Below are positions 23,480-32,193 of a DNA stretch of 64,000 nucleotides, piece by piece. The notes under the pieces were generated by a model. It saw only the letters and a list, made by a program, of their open reading frames with translations, had not been told where the DNA came from and made no database searches. The stretch spans positions 2,255 through 66,254 of the forward strand of contig CAYMJW010000001.1 of assembly GCA_964390455.1 (NCBI GenBank), read 5' to 3'. The translations under genes were made by a program, and so were the position numbers. Position 1 is the stretch's first letter; the number at the start of each line of letters is the position of its first letter. The DNA is from an uncultured Methyloceanibacter sp. GTDB taxonomy: Bacteria > Pseudomonadota > Alphaproteobacteria > Rhizobiales > Methyloligellaceae.

Positions 23480-23683
23480 ATGAGCCGTGAACTTAAACCG
23501 TTGATCGATGCTGCCGAGCGCGCACGCATGACTCCTCAGCAGAAGGAGGAGCAGCGCCGAAGCTTTGCCTTTGGCAACACGGCAATTGAGAATGACCGCA
23601 TAACCAGGGAGCTGGTCGACTCAGAGGCTGAACAACTTCCCGCCGAAGAGCCTTATGTCCCCGGACGAAAGCAGGCGCCATAG
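23480..23683 (+). CDS. Putative Fic antitoxin (VbhA/FicA-like)
   Basis: Small ORF with ggagg RBS overlapping the Fic gene; RRSFAFGNTAIEN resembles the (S/T)xxxE(G/N) inhibitory helix. Confidence 0.6.
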   Translation: MSRELKPLIDAAERARMTPQQKEEQRRSFAFGNTAIENDRITRELVDSEAEQLPAEEPYVPGRKQAP

Positions 23684-24320
23684 TAAGGCGTTGGATGCGG
23701 ACCTCATAAGCGACCCTGACGAAAGGGCGCGCGCAGAGGTTCGCAACGGTCTTCGCCAATTTGATCTGGGTATGGAGATTGTTGCAGATGCTCTCGCAAA
23801 GGGAGCGGGTTACCGGCTGCGTCCGTCGGCCCTACTTGCATTGCAGCGCGCGGCGTTGGAAGGCATCAGCTTATACGCGGGCAACTACAGACCGGCGGGC
23901 ATAGAAATCCAAGGCAGTCGGCACACGCCGCCCGGCGCTCACTTGGTCCCGGAACTTGTAGAGGAAATGTGTGACTACGTGAACGACAACTGGGCGGCGA
24001 CGCCTGTGCACCTCGCGGCCTACCTCATGTGGCGATTGAATTGGATACATCCCTTTGTCGACGGCAACGGGCGAACCTCACGCATCATTTCATACGTCGT
24101 CCTTTGCGTGCGGTTGGGGTTTCGCCTGCCGGGTACGAAGACCATTCCCGAGCAGATCGAGAAGGACAGAACTCCATACTTTCGGGCTCTCGATGAAGCC
24201 GACGCCGCGTACAAGCGAGGAAAGATCGATGTTTCCGCCATGGAGACAGTGATCGAGGGGTTGTTGGCCAAGCAGCTAACGAACGTCTACGAGCTCGCCG
24301 CCGGGAAGCCGGCGACTTAG
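23655..24320 (+). CDS. Fic-domain protein (AMPylase-type)
   Basis: Canonical HPFVDGNGRTSR motif. Confidence 0.93.
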   Translation: MSPDESRRHSKALDADLISDPDERARAEVRNGLRQFDLGMEIVADALAKGAGYRLRPSALLALQRAALEGISLYAGNYRPAGIEIQGSRHTPPGAHLVPELVEEMCDYVNDNWAATPVHLAAYLMWRLNWIHPFVDGNGRTSRIISYVVLCVRLGFRLPGTKTIPEQIEKDRTPYFRALDEADAAYKRGKIDVSAMETVIEGLLAKQLTNVYELAAGKPAT

Positions 24321-24322
24321 AC

Positions 24323-25396
24323 ATGATGTGGCCTGACAGGCGGCTGATCGATCTCTTGCACGTCGAGTTGCCGATCGTTGTCGCGCCGATGGCGAACTAT
24401 GCCGGCCTCGAGTTGGCGGTCGCTGTGGCGGAAGCGGGCGGGCTTGGGTCGCTTCCTTGCGCCGTGCTCGACCCGGATCAGATCCGCAGCGAAGTCGCCG
24501 CGTTCAGATCGCGCACGCGGAAGCCGGTCAATCTCAATTTCTTCTGCCATGTCGAATCGGCGCCCGACCCTGACAAGGATCGCGCCTGGCTCGAGCGCAT
24601 CGCGCCCTACTATGCCGAGCTTGGCATCGATCCTCCGGCTCTTCCCCTCAAGGCGGGGCATCCACCCTTCGGCGAGGCGGATTGCGCCGCGGTCGAGGCG
24701 ACGCGACCCGAGGTCGTGAGCTTTCATTTCGGCCTGCCACAGCCTTCGCTCCTTTCACGCGTGAATGCGGCAGGCTGCAAGATCATGGGCTCGGCGACCA
24801 CACTCCGCGAGGCGCGGCTTCTCGCCGAGCACGGAGTCGATGCGATCATCGCGCAAGGCGCGGAGGCAGGCGGGCATCGCGGCATGTTTCTGGAAACGGA
24901 TGTCGCGCCACAGGTCGGAACCTTCGCGCTGGTGAGGGCCATCGCAGAATCGGTAAAGGTGCCGGTGATCGCAGCCGGCGGCATCGCCGACGGGAAGGGC
25001 ATCGCGGCGGCGCTTGCGCTTGGCGCGTCCGCCGCGCAGATCGGCACGGCCTTTCTCCTGTGCCCCGAAGCCACGACCTCCGCGCTGCACAGAGCGGCTC
25101 TCGCCGACCCTGACCGCGAGACCGTCATCACCAATGTGCTTACTGGGCGTCCGGTGCGCGGGATCCTCAACCGGTTCATTCGGGAGCAAGGACCCTTGGA
25201 CAGAGCCGCGCCAAACTTTCCGCTCGCGCGGCTTGCGATTGCGCCGTTGCGGGCAAAGGCGGAAAGCTTGGGGCGCGCGGATTTCTCGCCGCTATGGTCG
25301 GGGCAGGCGGCCAATCTGCCTGGGCCGATCGGCGCGCGCGAACTGACGCTCCGTCTTGCGGAGGAGACGCGCGCCGCGCTTCAGCGGCCGGCCTAG
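24323..25396 (+). CDS. Nitronate monooxygenase-family flavoprotein
   Basis: APMA, SFHFGLP, QGAEAGGHRG, AAGGIADG, LWSGQ. Confidence 0.92.
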   Translation: MMWPDRRLIDLLHVELPIVVAPMANYAGLELAVAVAEAGGLGSLPCAVLDPDQIRSEVAAFRSRTRKPVNLNFFCHVESAPDPDKDRAWLERIAPYYAELGIDPPALPLKAGHPPFGEADCAAVEATRPEVVSFHFGLPQPSLLSRVNAAGCKIMGSATTLREARLLAEHGVDAIIAQGAEAGGHRGMFLETDVAPQVGTFALVRAIAESVKVPVIAAGGIADGKGIAAALALGASAAQIGTAFLLCPEATTSALHRAALADPDRETVITNVLTGRPVRGILNRFIREQGPLDRAAPNFPLARLAIAPLRAKAESLGRADFSPLWSGQAANLPGPIGARELTLRLAEETRAALQRPA

Positions 25397-26550
25397 CCCC
25401 GGTCGGGCAGGATCACCGCGCCCTTGGGGAATTTTTCGAAGACGCTCTGCGGCACGCCGAAATTGGTGGCGAGCAGAAGCGCGGGATTACCCGTCATCCA
25501 CGCGGTGATCGAGATCGACTCATAGGTGCCATCGTTGAATACGATGACCATCTCGACGTCTTCGCTGCCGGTGTTCTCGATGTAGTGGCCGTAGCCTTGC
25601 GGCACGTAGCCCACGTCGCCCTTGATGAAATCGTCGGTTCGCGCGCGGCCGTGGCTGCCGAACACAGTCATGCGCGCGCTGCCCTTCACATAGTACTGCC
25701 ACTCAGCGGCGTTGGGATGCCAGTGGAGCTCGCGCAAGCTCCCGGGCTTGATGGTGAGAAGCGCGCCCGTCATCGTGGTCGAGATGGGAAACTCGCGCTC
25801 CGAGACAATCCGCATGGTTCCCCCGGCGTAGAGGTCAGGCGCTTGCGCAAGCAGCCGATACCGATGGGTGAGGGCCGGCACGTTGAGCGAACCTGGCGCG
25901 GGCTCCGCGGGCAGAGGCGGCGGCACCGGACCGGTGGCGATATAGACTTCCTTCTTCGGGAAGTTCGCGAAGGTCGAAGCGGGGAGACCGAAGTTCTTTG
26001 CGAGCGTCTCGGCCGGGGTATGGCCGAGCCAGTCGGTGATCGAGAAGGTGCCGAACTCCGAGAAATAGCCGTTGTCGAACACGAGGATGAAGGTGGAGGT
26101 GCCGGGACCGAGGCCTTGGATCGAATGGCCGTGGCCGCGCGGGAAATACCAGACGTCGCCCGGACCGAAATCGAGGATTTCGGCTTGGTTGTTAGGGTCG
26201 ATCGTTGTGACCCGGCAGCGTCCTTCGATGACGTAGGCCCATTCGGCGGCGTTTGCGTGCCAGTGCAGCTCGCGGAGCGCGCCGGGCTCGAGCGTCATAT
26301 AGACGCCGGCAAGCTTGTCGGAGACGGGGAACCCGGTGACGTTCGCCTCCTTGGCCGTGCCGCCCTTGAAGGTCTCGGCCGGCTTCTCGCCGAGCGGATA
26401 GCGGAAGGATGGGAGCTCGGCTCCATCGAGCGGCGCAGGCGCCGGTCCGTAACTCGGCTCGGGTGTCTCACCCCCCGATGCCGCGGCGCTCCACACTATT
26501 CCGCCCATCGCCACTCCTCCCATCAGTTCGCGTCGCGACAACCCTGGCAT
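25393..26550 (-). CDS. Oxalate decarboxylase-family bicupin with Tat signal
   Basis: Two RELHWH...EW cupin motifs, FSEFGTFSITDW lid, N-terminal SRRELM followed by a hydrophobic stretch. Confidence 0.88.
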   Translation of the reverse strand: MPGLSRRELMGGVAMGGIVWSAAASGGETPEPSYGPAPAPLDGAELPSFRYPLGEKPAETFKGGTAKEANVTGFPVSDKLAGVYMTLEPGALRELHWHANAAEWAYVIEGRCRVTTIDPNNQAEILDFGPGDVWYFPRGHGHSIQGLGPGTSTFILVFDNGYFSEFGTFSITDWLGHTPAETLAKNFGLPASTFANFPKKEVYIATGPVPPPLPAEPAPGSLNVPALTHRYRLLAQAPDLYAGGTMRIVSEREFPISTTMTGALLTIKPGSLRELHWHPNAAEWQYYVKGSARMTVFGSHGRARTDDFIKGDVGYVPQGYGHYIENTGSEDVEMVIVFNDGTYESISITAWMTGNPALLLATNFGVPQSVFEKFPKGAVILPDRG

Positions 26551-26696
26551 TCTTTTCTCGCCTCTCAAAACTCAAGATCGCAGAACTCTCCGGCCGCCGC
26601 AAACCCACTCGCAGGTTTGGTGAAAAAACTGTGGGTCTGGTATAGGACGGCCGGGACTTGCCAAGCGGCCAAGAAAGCGACCGAGACGCGTTGACC

Positions 26697-27494
26697 ATGA
26701 GGGTGATCTACATAGCAGGCGCGGCCCATAGCGGCTCCACGCTGCTCGACATGATGCTTAACGCGCATCCCGAGATCGTTTCGGTCGGCGAGGTCCTGAA
26801 ACTCAACAATGTGAAACACTTGAAATCGGGGGAACCGAAGGCGACCCGCTGCTCCTGCGGGGCGAGCGGGCTGCTGCAATGCCCGTTCTGGTCGCGCGTC
26901 AACGAGCACATTGAAAAGAAGCACGGCAAGTCGCTGGCGGACCTCGCCGTCGATGACTACCGCCGGCGCGATGAACAGCCCGAACCGAACACGGCGCTGT
27001 TCGAAGCCATCGCCGCCGTCTCAGGCAAGAACTTCATCGTCGACTCCTCAAAGATGCCGCGCCGGCTCGAATACCTGATGCGGCAACAGCCACTGAATGT
27101 TTACCCGGTCCACCTCATTCGCAGCCCGGAAGGCCAGATTGCCTCCGTCGTCCACCGCTTCGGGATTGTCGAATCCATCTTTCGCTACGAGGTCGTGAGC
27201 GCGCAAACGCGGGCGAAGCTCAAATCCGTGCCGCACAGCACCGTGCGCTACGAGGACCTGGTGCGCGAGCCGGAGCAAACGCTAAAGCGCCTCTTGGCGC
27301 CGCTGGGGCTCGCGTTCCACCCGCGTCAGCTCGCATGGGCGGAGCAGCCGAGGCACAGTTTTGCCGGCAATCATGCGCGCTTTCAGACCAAGAGCGAGCT
27401 CGTGCTGGATGAGGGCTGGAAGCACCGGCTCAGCCGGTCACAGCGGCTGCTGATCGATTTCGGCACGATCCTCTCGCGCAGCAGGGCGCCCTAG
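26697..27494 (+). CDS. Sulfotransferase-family protein
   Basis: GAAHSGSTLL PAPS loop, VDSSK, RYEDL; paralog of 35926-36753. Confidence 0.82.
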   Translation: MRVIYIAGAAHSGSTLLDMMLNAHPEIVSVGEVLKLNNVKHLKSGEPKATRCSCGASGLLQCPFWSRVNEHIEKKHGKSLADLAVDDYRRRDEQPEPNTALFEAIAAVSGKNFIVDSSKMPRRLEYLMRQQPLNVYPVHLIRSPEGQIASVVHRFGIVESIFRYEVVSAQTRAKLKSVPHSTVRYEDLVREPEQTLKRLLAPLGLAFHPRQLAWAEQPRHSFAGNHARFQTKSELVLDEGWKHRLSRSQRLLIDFGTILSRSRAP

Positions 27495-27558
27495 GCCTCT
27501 CGTTTGGGAGGAAGCCGTCCCTATATTGAGGGAACGCAACTTGGAGGCCTTGCAACGC

Positions 27559-28671
27559 ATGCGCTGGTCACTTCGTATCGGATCGGTCGGTGGAACGGCG
27601 ATCCTGATTCACGTCACCTTCCTTCTGTTCCTCGCCTGGCTCGGCGCCGTCTATTACAGCCGGGGCGGGATCGAGGCGGCATGGCAAGGCACCATCTTCA
27701 TCGTCATTATCTTCCTCTGCGTGTTGCTGCATGAGCTCGGCCACGTCTTCGCCGCGCGCCGCTACGGCATTCAGACAAGCGACGTGACGTTGTGGCCGTT
27801 CGGCGGCATCGCCAGCATGGAACGGATGCCCGACAAGCCGAGCGAAGAACTGATCGTTGCGCTGGCGGGCCCTGCGGTCAACGTGGTGATCGCCGCTGTC
27901 CTCTTGCTTTGGCTTGGGCCGCAGCTCGATGCGGAAAGCCTCGCCAGCATCGAGGACCCCGCCGTGTCGCTCGCGGCCAAGGTGGCGGGCGCCAATATCA
28001 TCTTGGTTATCTTCAACATGATTCCGGCCTTTCCGATGGATGGCGGCCGGGTGCTGCGCGCCCTTCTTTCCATGCGCATGGGGAACGCGCGCGCGACCGA
28101 GCTTGCGGCCACGATCGGCCAGGGCTTTGCCGTCGTCTTCGGCGTGGTCGGGGTGTTCTACAATCCAATGTTGATCGTCATCGCCGTGTTTATCTTCCTC
28201 GCGGCGTCGAGCGAGGCCTCTCAGGCGCAGCTCCGCGCCGTGGCGCAAGGAACCCTCGTCGGCGACGCCATGATCACCGCATTCCAGTCGCTGCCCGCGA
28301 ACGCGACCGTCAATGACGCGGCCGAAGCCCTCATCCGCACCACGCAGACGGAGTTTCCGATTGTCGACAGTGCCGGGCGCCTGCGCGGGGTGCTCACGCG
28401 CGACGCCATGATCAAGGCGCTGAAGGAGAAGGGCGCACAGACGCCGGTGCTCGAGGTCATGCAGACCGACGTTCCGACAGTGCCGGCGCGCGCCAAGCTC
28501 GATACGGCGCTCCGTTCGCTGATGGAGAAGGGGGGCCCGGTGGTCGGCGTCACCGACACCCAAGACCGTCTGATCGGTCTCCTGACCGTAGAAAATCTCG
28601 GCGAGATGATGATGATTCAGTCGGCCCAGCCGGAAACGCGCAAGGGTCCCTGGGGCAGAGCACGCGGGTAA
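27559..28671 (+). CDS. Site-2 (M50) protease with CBS domains
   Basis: HELGH, AGPAVN, NMIPAFPMDGGR, C-terminal CBS pair. Confidence 0.93.
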   Translation: MRWSLRIGSVGGTAILIHVTFLLFLAWLGAVYYSRGGIEAAWQGTIFIVIIFLCVLLHELGHVFAARRYGIQTSDVTLWPFGGIASMERMPDKPSEELIVALAGPAVNVVIAAVLLLWLGPQLDAESLASIEDPAVSLAAKVAGANIILVIFNMIPAFPMDGGRVLRALLSMRMGNARATELAATIGQGFAVVFGVVGVFYNPMLIVIAVFIFLAASSEASQAQLRAVAQGTLVGDAMITAFQSLPANATVNDAAEALIRTTQTEFPIVDSAGRLRGVLTRDAMIKALKEKGAQTPVLEVMQTDVPTVPARAKLDTALRSLMEKGGPVVGVTDTQDRLIGLLTVENLGEMMMIQSAQPETRKGPWGRARG

Positions 28672-28798
28672 ACAGGCGCCGCCAAGATGCCTGCCCCCAA
28701 AAACGCAACCGCGGGGAACGTTCAGGCCGCTTCTGTCAAAGCCAGCGGATCGCCGGGGGCTCCTCCTCGGCGGGAAGCCCTCGACGGACCGCGATGCC

Positions 28799-29119
28799 TT
28801 ACTGAGCGGGCGGCGCGTCCGGATTGGCCGGTGCGTCCTTGTTGGCCGATTCGTCCGAAGCCGCAGGCGCCTCAGTTGCAGCAGTCCCGTCCTTCTTCTT
28901 CTTCGGGCAGTCGGCCGAAGCCTTCTTTGCGGCCTTGGCTTCTTCCTTGCTTGGATAGGTCGCCGTACCGATCATGACCAACTTGGTGCCATCAGGCTTT
29001 TCTGTCACGATGACGCACTTCCCGGTCGCCGTGTCCTTTGCAAGGTAATGTTCGACGGCCAAAGCGGGGGTCGCTACAGCAATCAGAGCGGCCGAAACAA
29101 CGAGGTATCTGAGGTTCAT
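28799..29119 (-). CDS. Small secreted protein
   Basis: aaggag RBS, signal peptide ending ALA, two Cys, low-complexity tail. Confidence 0.75.
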   Translation of the reverse strand: MNLRYLVVSAALIAVATPALAVEHYLAKDTATGKCVIVTEKPDGTKLVMIGTATYPSKEEAKAAKKASADCPKKKKDGTAATEAPAASDESANKDAPANPDAPPAQ

Positions 29120-29298
29120 CGTAGGCTCCTTGGTTTTGGGCGGCCGGACATTCGATTCAGTTCTTGTCCAAACTGTGACTGTCCTAGGGTTCGGGGGTTG
29201 GTGCCGGCCACCGCGCCAAGACACCGATGCCGGGTCTGAAAGGCGCGTGCTAAGACAGGGCACCGGGCAGGCGGTCCGGCGTCGCCGAAGGCTTGTTC

Positions 29299-31287
29299 AT
29301 GTGCGGGATCGCGGGCTTCGTAAACCATAAGCAGCGCTTCGGGCCCGATGAGCTTCGCGCCATCGCCACGCGCATGGCGGATCGTCTCGAGCATCGCGGG
29401 CCAGACGACCGGGGCGTGTGGGTCGATGCCGCCTCCGGCGTGGCGTTGGGACATACGCGGCTCGCCATCATCGACCTCAGCCCCGCGGGCGCGCAACCCA
29501 TGGTCTCCGCTTGCGGACGCTTCGTGCTGAGCTACAACGGCGAAGTGTTCAACGCGCCCGAATTGCGCGCGGAGCTTGAAGCGGAGGGCCGCGTCTTTCG
29601 CGGTCATTCCGACACCGAAGTCATGGTCGAGGGTTTTGCCGTCTGGGGCGTGCGGCAGACGGTCGAACGCCTGATCGGAATGTTTGCCTTCGCGGCGTGG
29701 GACCGTTCGACCCGCATCCTCACGCTCGGGCGCGACCGGCTCGGCATCAAGCCCCTCTATTGGGGTCATATCGACGGCAATCTCGTGTTCGCCTCCGAGC
29801 TCAAGGCGCTTGCGGTGTTCCCCGGCTGGCACCCTGAGATCGACAGCGACGCTTTGGCCGCCTTCATGCGCTACGGTTATGTGCCGGCGCCCATGAGCAT
29901 CTATCGCGGCATCCACAAGCTCGCGCCCGGGACCCTGCTCGCATGCGTCGAAGCTGGCGCGATCCGAAGCGCGCCCTATTGGTCGCTTCGCGAGGTGGCG
30001 AGACGCGGCCAAGCCGATCTTCTCGATCTTTCCGACGGCGAAGCCCAAGAGGCGGTCGAAACGCTTCTTGCCGATGCGGTGCGGAGGCGCATGGTCGCCG
30101 ATGTGCCGCTCGGCATGTTCTTGTCCGGCGGCATCGACTCATCGACGATCGCGGCGCTGATGCAGGCGCAGAGTGCGCGCCCCATTCGCACCTTCTCGAT
30201 CGGATTTCGTGAGAAGGATTATGACGAGGCAGCGGACGCCAAGCGCGTCGCCGCGCATTTGGGCACAGAGCACACCGAGCTCTACGTGTCGCCCGCCGAA
30301 GCGCGCGCGGTCATTCCGAAGCTGCATGAGATCTATGACGAACCGTTCGCCGACTCGTCACAGATTCCGACCTGTCTCGTTTCCGAGATGACGCGGCGAC
30401 ACGTGACTGTCGCGCTCTCGGGCGATGGCGGCGACGAAGTCTTCGCGGGCTATAACCGCTATGTGCAGGGGCTGGCGCTCGCCAAAGCATCGCGCCGTCT
30501 CCCACAAGCTCTGCGCGCGGGGCTCGCGGCCGCGATCAGCTCTGTCCCCCCCGGCATGTGGGACCGGCTGTTCCGCACCCTGCCGGAACGGGTCCGCCCC
30601 CGCCTTGCCGGCGAGAAAATGCATAAGCTCGCCGCCGTGCTGCCCAAGGATCGGGTCGGATTCTATGAGAGCCTCGTCGCGCAAGGCGAGGGGGCCGGCG
30701 AGCTTGTGCGCGGTGCAGGCAAGGACGACGAGAGCCGTGATGATGCGGATGCGCCGGACCAGTTCCCCGATGACATCTCATGGATGCAGTATCGCGACAT
30801 GAAACACTATTTGCCCGACGACATCTTGACCAAGGTCGATCGCGCCAGCATGGCGGTTTCACTCGAGGTGCGCGTGCCGCTTCTCGACCACCGCCTGGTC
30901 GAGCTCTCCTGGCGGCTGCCGCGCAAGTTCAAGGTGCGCGGCGGGACGGGCAAGTGGCTCCTGCGGCAGATCGCCTACAAGCATGTGCCGCGGACCCTGT
31001 TGGATCGCCCGAAGATGGGCTTCGGCGTGCCGGTTGACGCGTGGCTCAGGGGTCCGCTGAAAGAATGGGCGGGCGATCTCCTGAGCCCGCCGGCCCTCAG
31101 CAGAATAGGCTTGCTCGATCCCGCGCCGATCAAGCTGAGATGGGACGAGCACCAGGCGGGGCGCCGGAACTGGCAGCATTCTCTCTGGAACGTACTCATG
31201 TTCGCGGCCTGGCATGAAGGCAACCGGACGTCGAGTCCCGATCTGGCGGAGCGCCCACAGGCAAGGCTTCAGGTTCAGGGACGCTGA
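29299..31287 (+). CDS. asnB: Asparagine-synthetase-like amidotransferase (glycan-locus type)
   Basis: MCGIAG, HRGPD, YNGE, LSGGIDSS, SGDGGDE, KVDRASMA. Confidence 0.93.
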   Translation: MCGIAGFVNHKQRFGPDELRAIATRMADRLEHRGPDDRGVWVDAASGVALGHTRLAIIDLSPAGAQPMVSACGRFVLSYNGEVFNAPELRAELEAEGRVFRGHSDTEVMVEGFAVWGVRQTVERLIGMFAFAAWDRSTRILTLGRDRLGIKPLYWGHIDGNLVFASELKALAVFPGWHPEIDSDALAAFMRYGYVPAPMSIYRGIHKLAPGTLLACVEAGAIRSAPYWSLREVARRGQADLLDLSDGEAQEAVETLLADAVRRRMVADVPLGMFLSGGIDSSTIAALMQAQSARPIRTFSIGFREKDYDEAADAKRVAAHLGTEHTELYVSPAEARAVIPKLHEIYDEPFADSSQIPTCLVSEMTRRHVTVALSGDGGDEVFAGYNRYVQGLALAKASRRLPQALRAGLAAAISSVPPGMWDRLFRTLPERVRPRLAGEKMHKLAAVLPKDRVGFYESLVAQGEGAGELVRGAGKDDESRDDADAPDQFPDDISWMQYRDMKHYLPDDILTKVDRASMAVSLEVRVPLLDHRLVELSWRLPRKFKVRGGTGKWLLRQIAYKHVPRTLLDRPKMGFGVPVDAWLRGPLKEWAGDLLSPPALSRIGLLDPAPIKLRWDEHQAGRRNWQHSLWNVLMFAAWHEGNRTSSPDLAERPQARLQVQGR

Positions 31288-31323
31288 CGAAGGGCGGATC
31301 CAGGGAACAGCATAACGCGGCAA

Positions 31324-32193
31324 TCACGCGGCGGTCTTGGCCCCCGCCTTGGACTCCAGCAGCGTCTTGTAGCGCGCCCGCCATTTGTGCGGAGGCCCCT
31401 CGAAACGCTGGCACAACTCCTCGACCATCGGCAGGTATTGCGCGGCGATCTTGTGCTGGAACGCGGCGGGAATGGGCGAGGAGCCTGCGGCCGAATTGAC
31501 CGCGCCCTTGGGCAGAAGCCGGGCAGGATCGCCCGCATCCACGCCGAGGAAGGTCAGCAGCTCCGCGACGAAGGGCTCCGGCGCGTCCTTGAGGTCATCG
31601 AAAAAGCAATAGTGGATCTGCGAGGCGGGAAACACCGCTTCCAGGCGCCGCATCGTCTCGGTGTAGGCGGAACGCGCGACGAAGCCCGGCCTTTGCGCGC
31701 GCTCAAGCGCATAGTCGACGGTGAGCGCGGCGACGTCTCCCTTCTTGAAACCGTTATTGACGGCCGACCAGGCCCGGCTCACGGGATCGCGCATGACGAA
31801 GATGAGGGCGATGTTCGGATTCATGCGCCGGATGCGCTGGAACACGGCCTCATTCACGGTCGCATAAGCGGGCGTGATCTCCCCGGTCCGGTAGCCTTTC
31901 TCCTGCGCGCGCCGGAACAGGTTCGCGTACCACGCATCGCTGCGCCTGCCCAAGAGGTAGCCGATGTGCCAAGGGTCCAGAATGCGCCTGCCAGACCGCA
32001 TCGCTTGCCGCCATCTCTTTTCGTCCTGCCAGGTACGGCCGGCGTCGAGCTGGTCGAAATAATGAAGCTCTTTGACGGGAGGCAGCCACAGCGCGGGGTG
32101 TTTCCGCAACACGCGGTGCAGCCACGTCGTCCCGGCGCGGTGAGCGCCGATGACGAGAAAATCCGGACCCCGCGCTGACGTGCTCCCGCTCAT
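31324..32193 (-). CDS. Sulfotransferase
   Basis: IGAHRAGTTWL, KELHYFD, GEITPAY, RDPVSRAWS. Confidence 0.88.
   Translation of the reverse strand: MSGSTSARGPDFLVIGAHRAGTTWLHRVLRKHPALWLPPVKELHYFDQLDAGRTWQDEKRWRQAMRSGRRILDPWHIGYLLGRRSDAWYANLFRRAQEKGYRTGEITPAYATVNEAVFQRIRRMNPNIALIFVMRDPVSRAWSAVNNGFKKGDVAALTVDYALERAQRPGFVARSAYTETMRRLEAVFPASQIHYCFFDDLKDAPEPFVAELLTFLGVDAGDPARLLPKGAVNSAAGSSPIPAAFQHKIAAQYLPMVEELCQRFEGPPHKWRARYKTLLESKAGAKTAA

Noticed and set aside
28751-28772. Hairpin with ctcctcc resembling a cuckoo-type sRNA
   Set aside because: Single hairpin between convergent genes; more simply a terminator-like structure.
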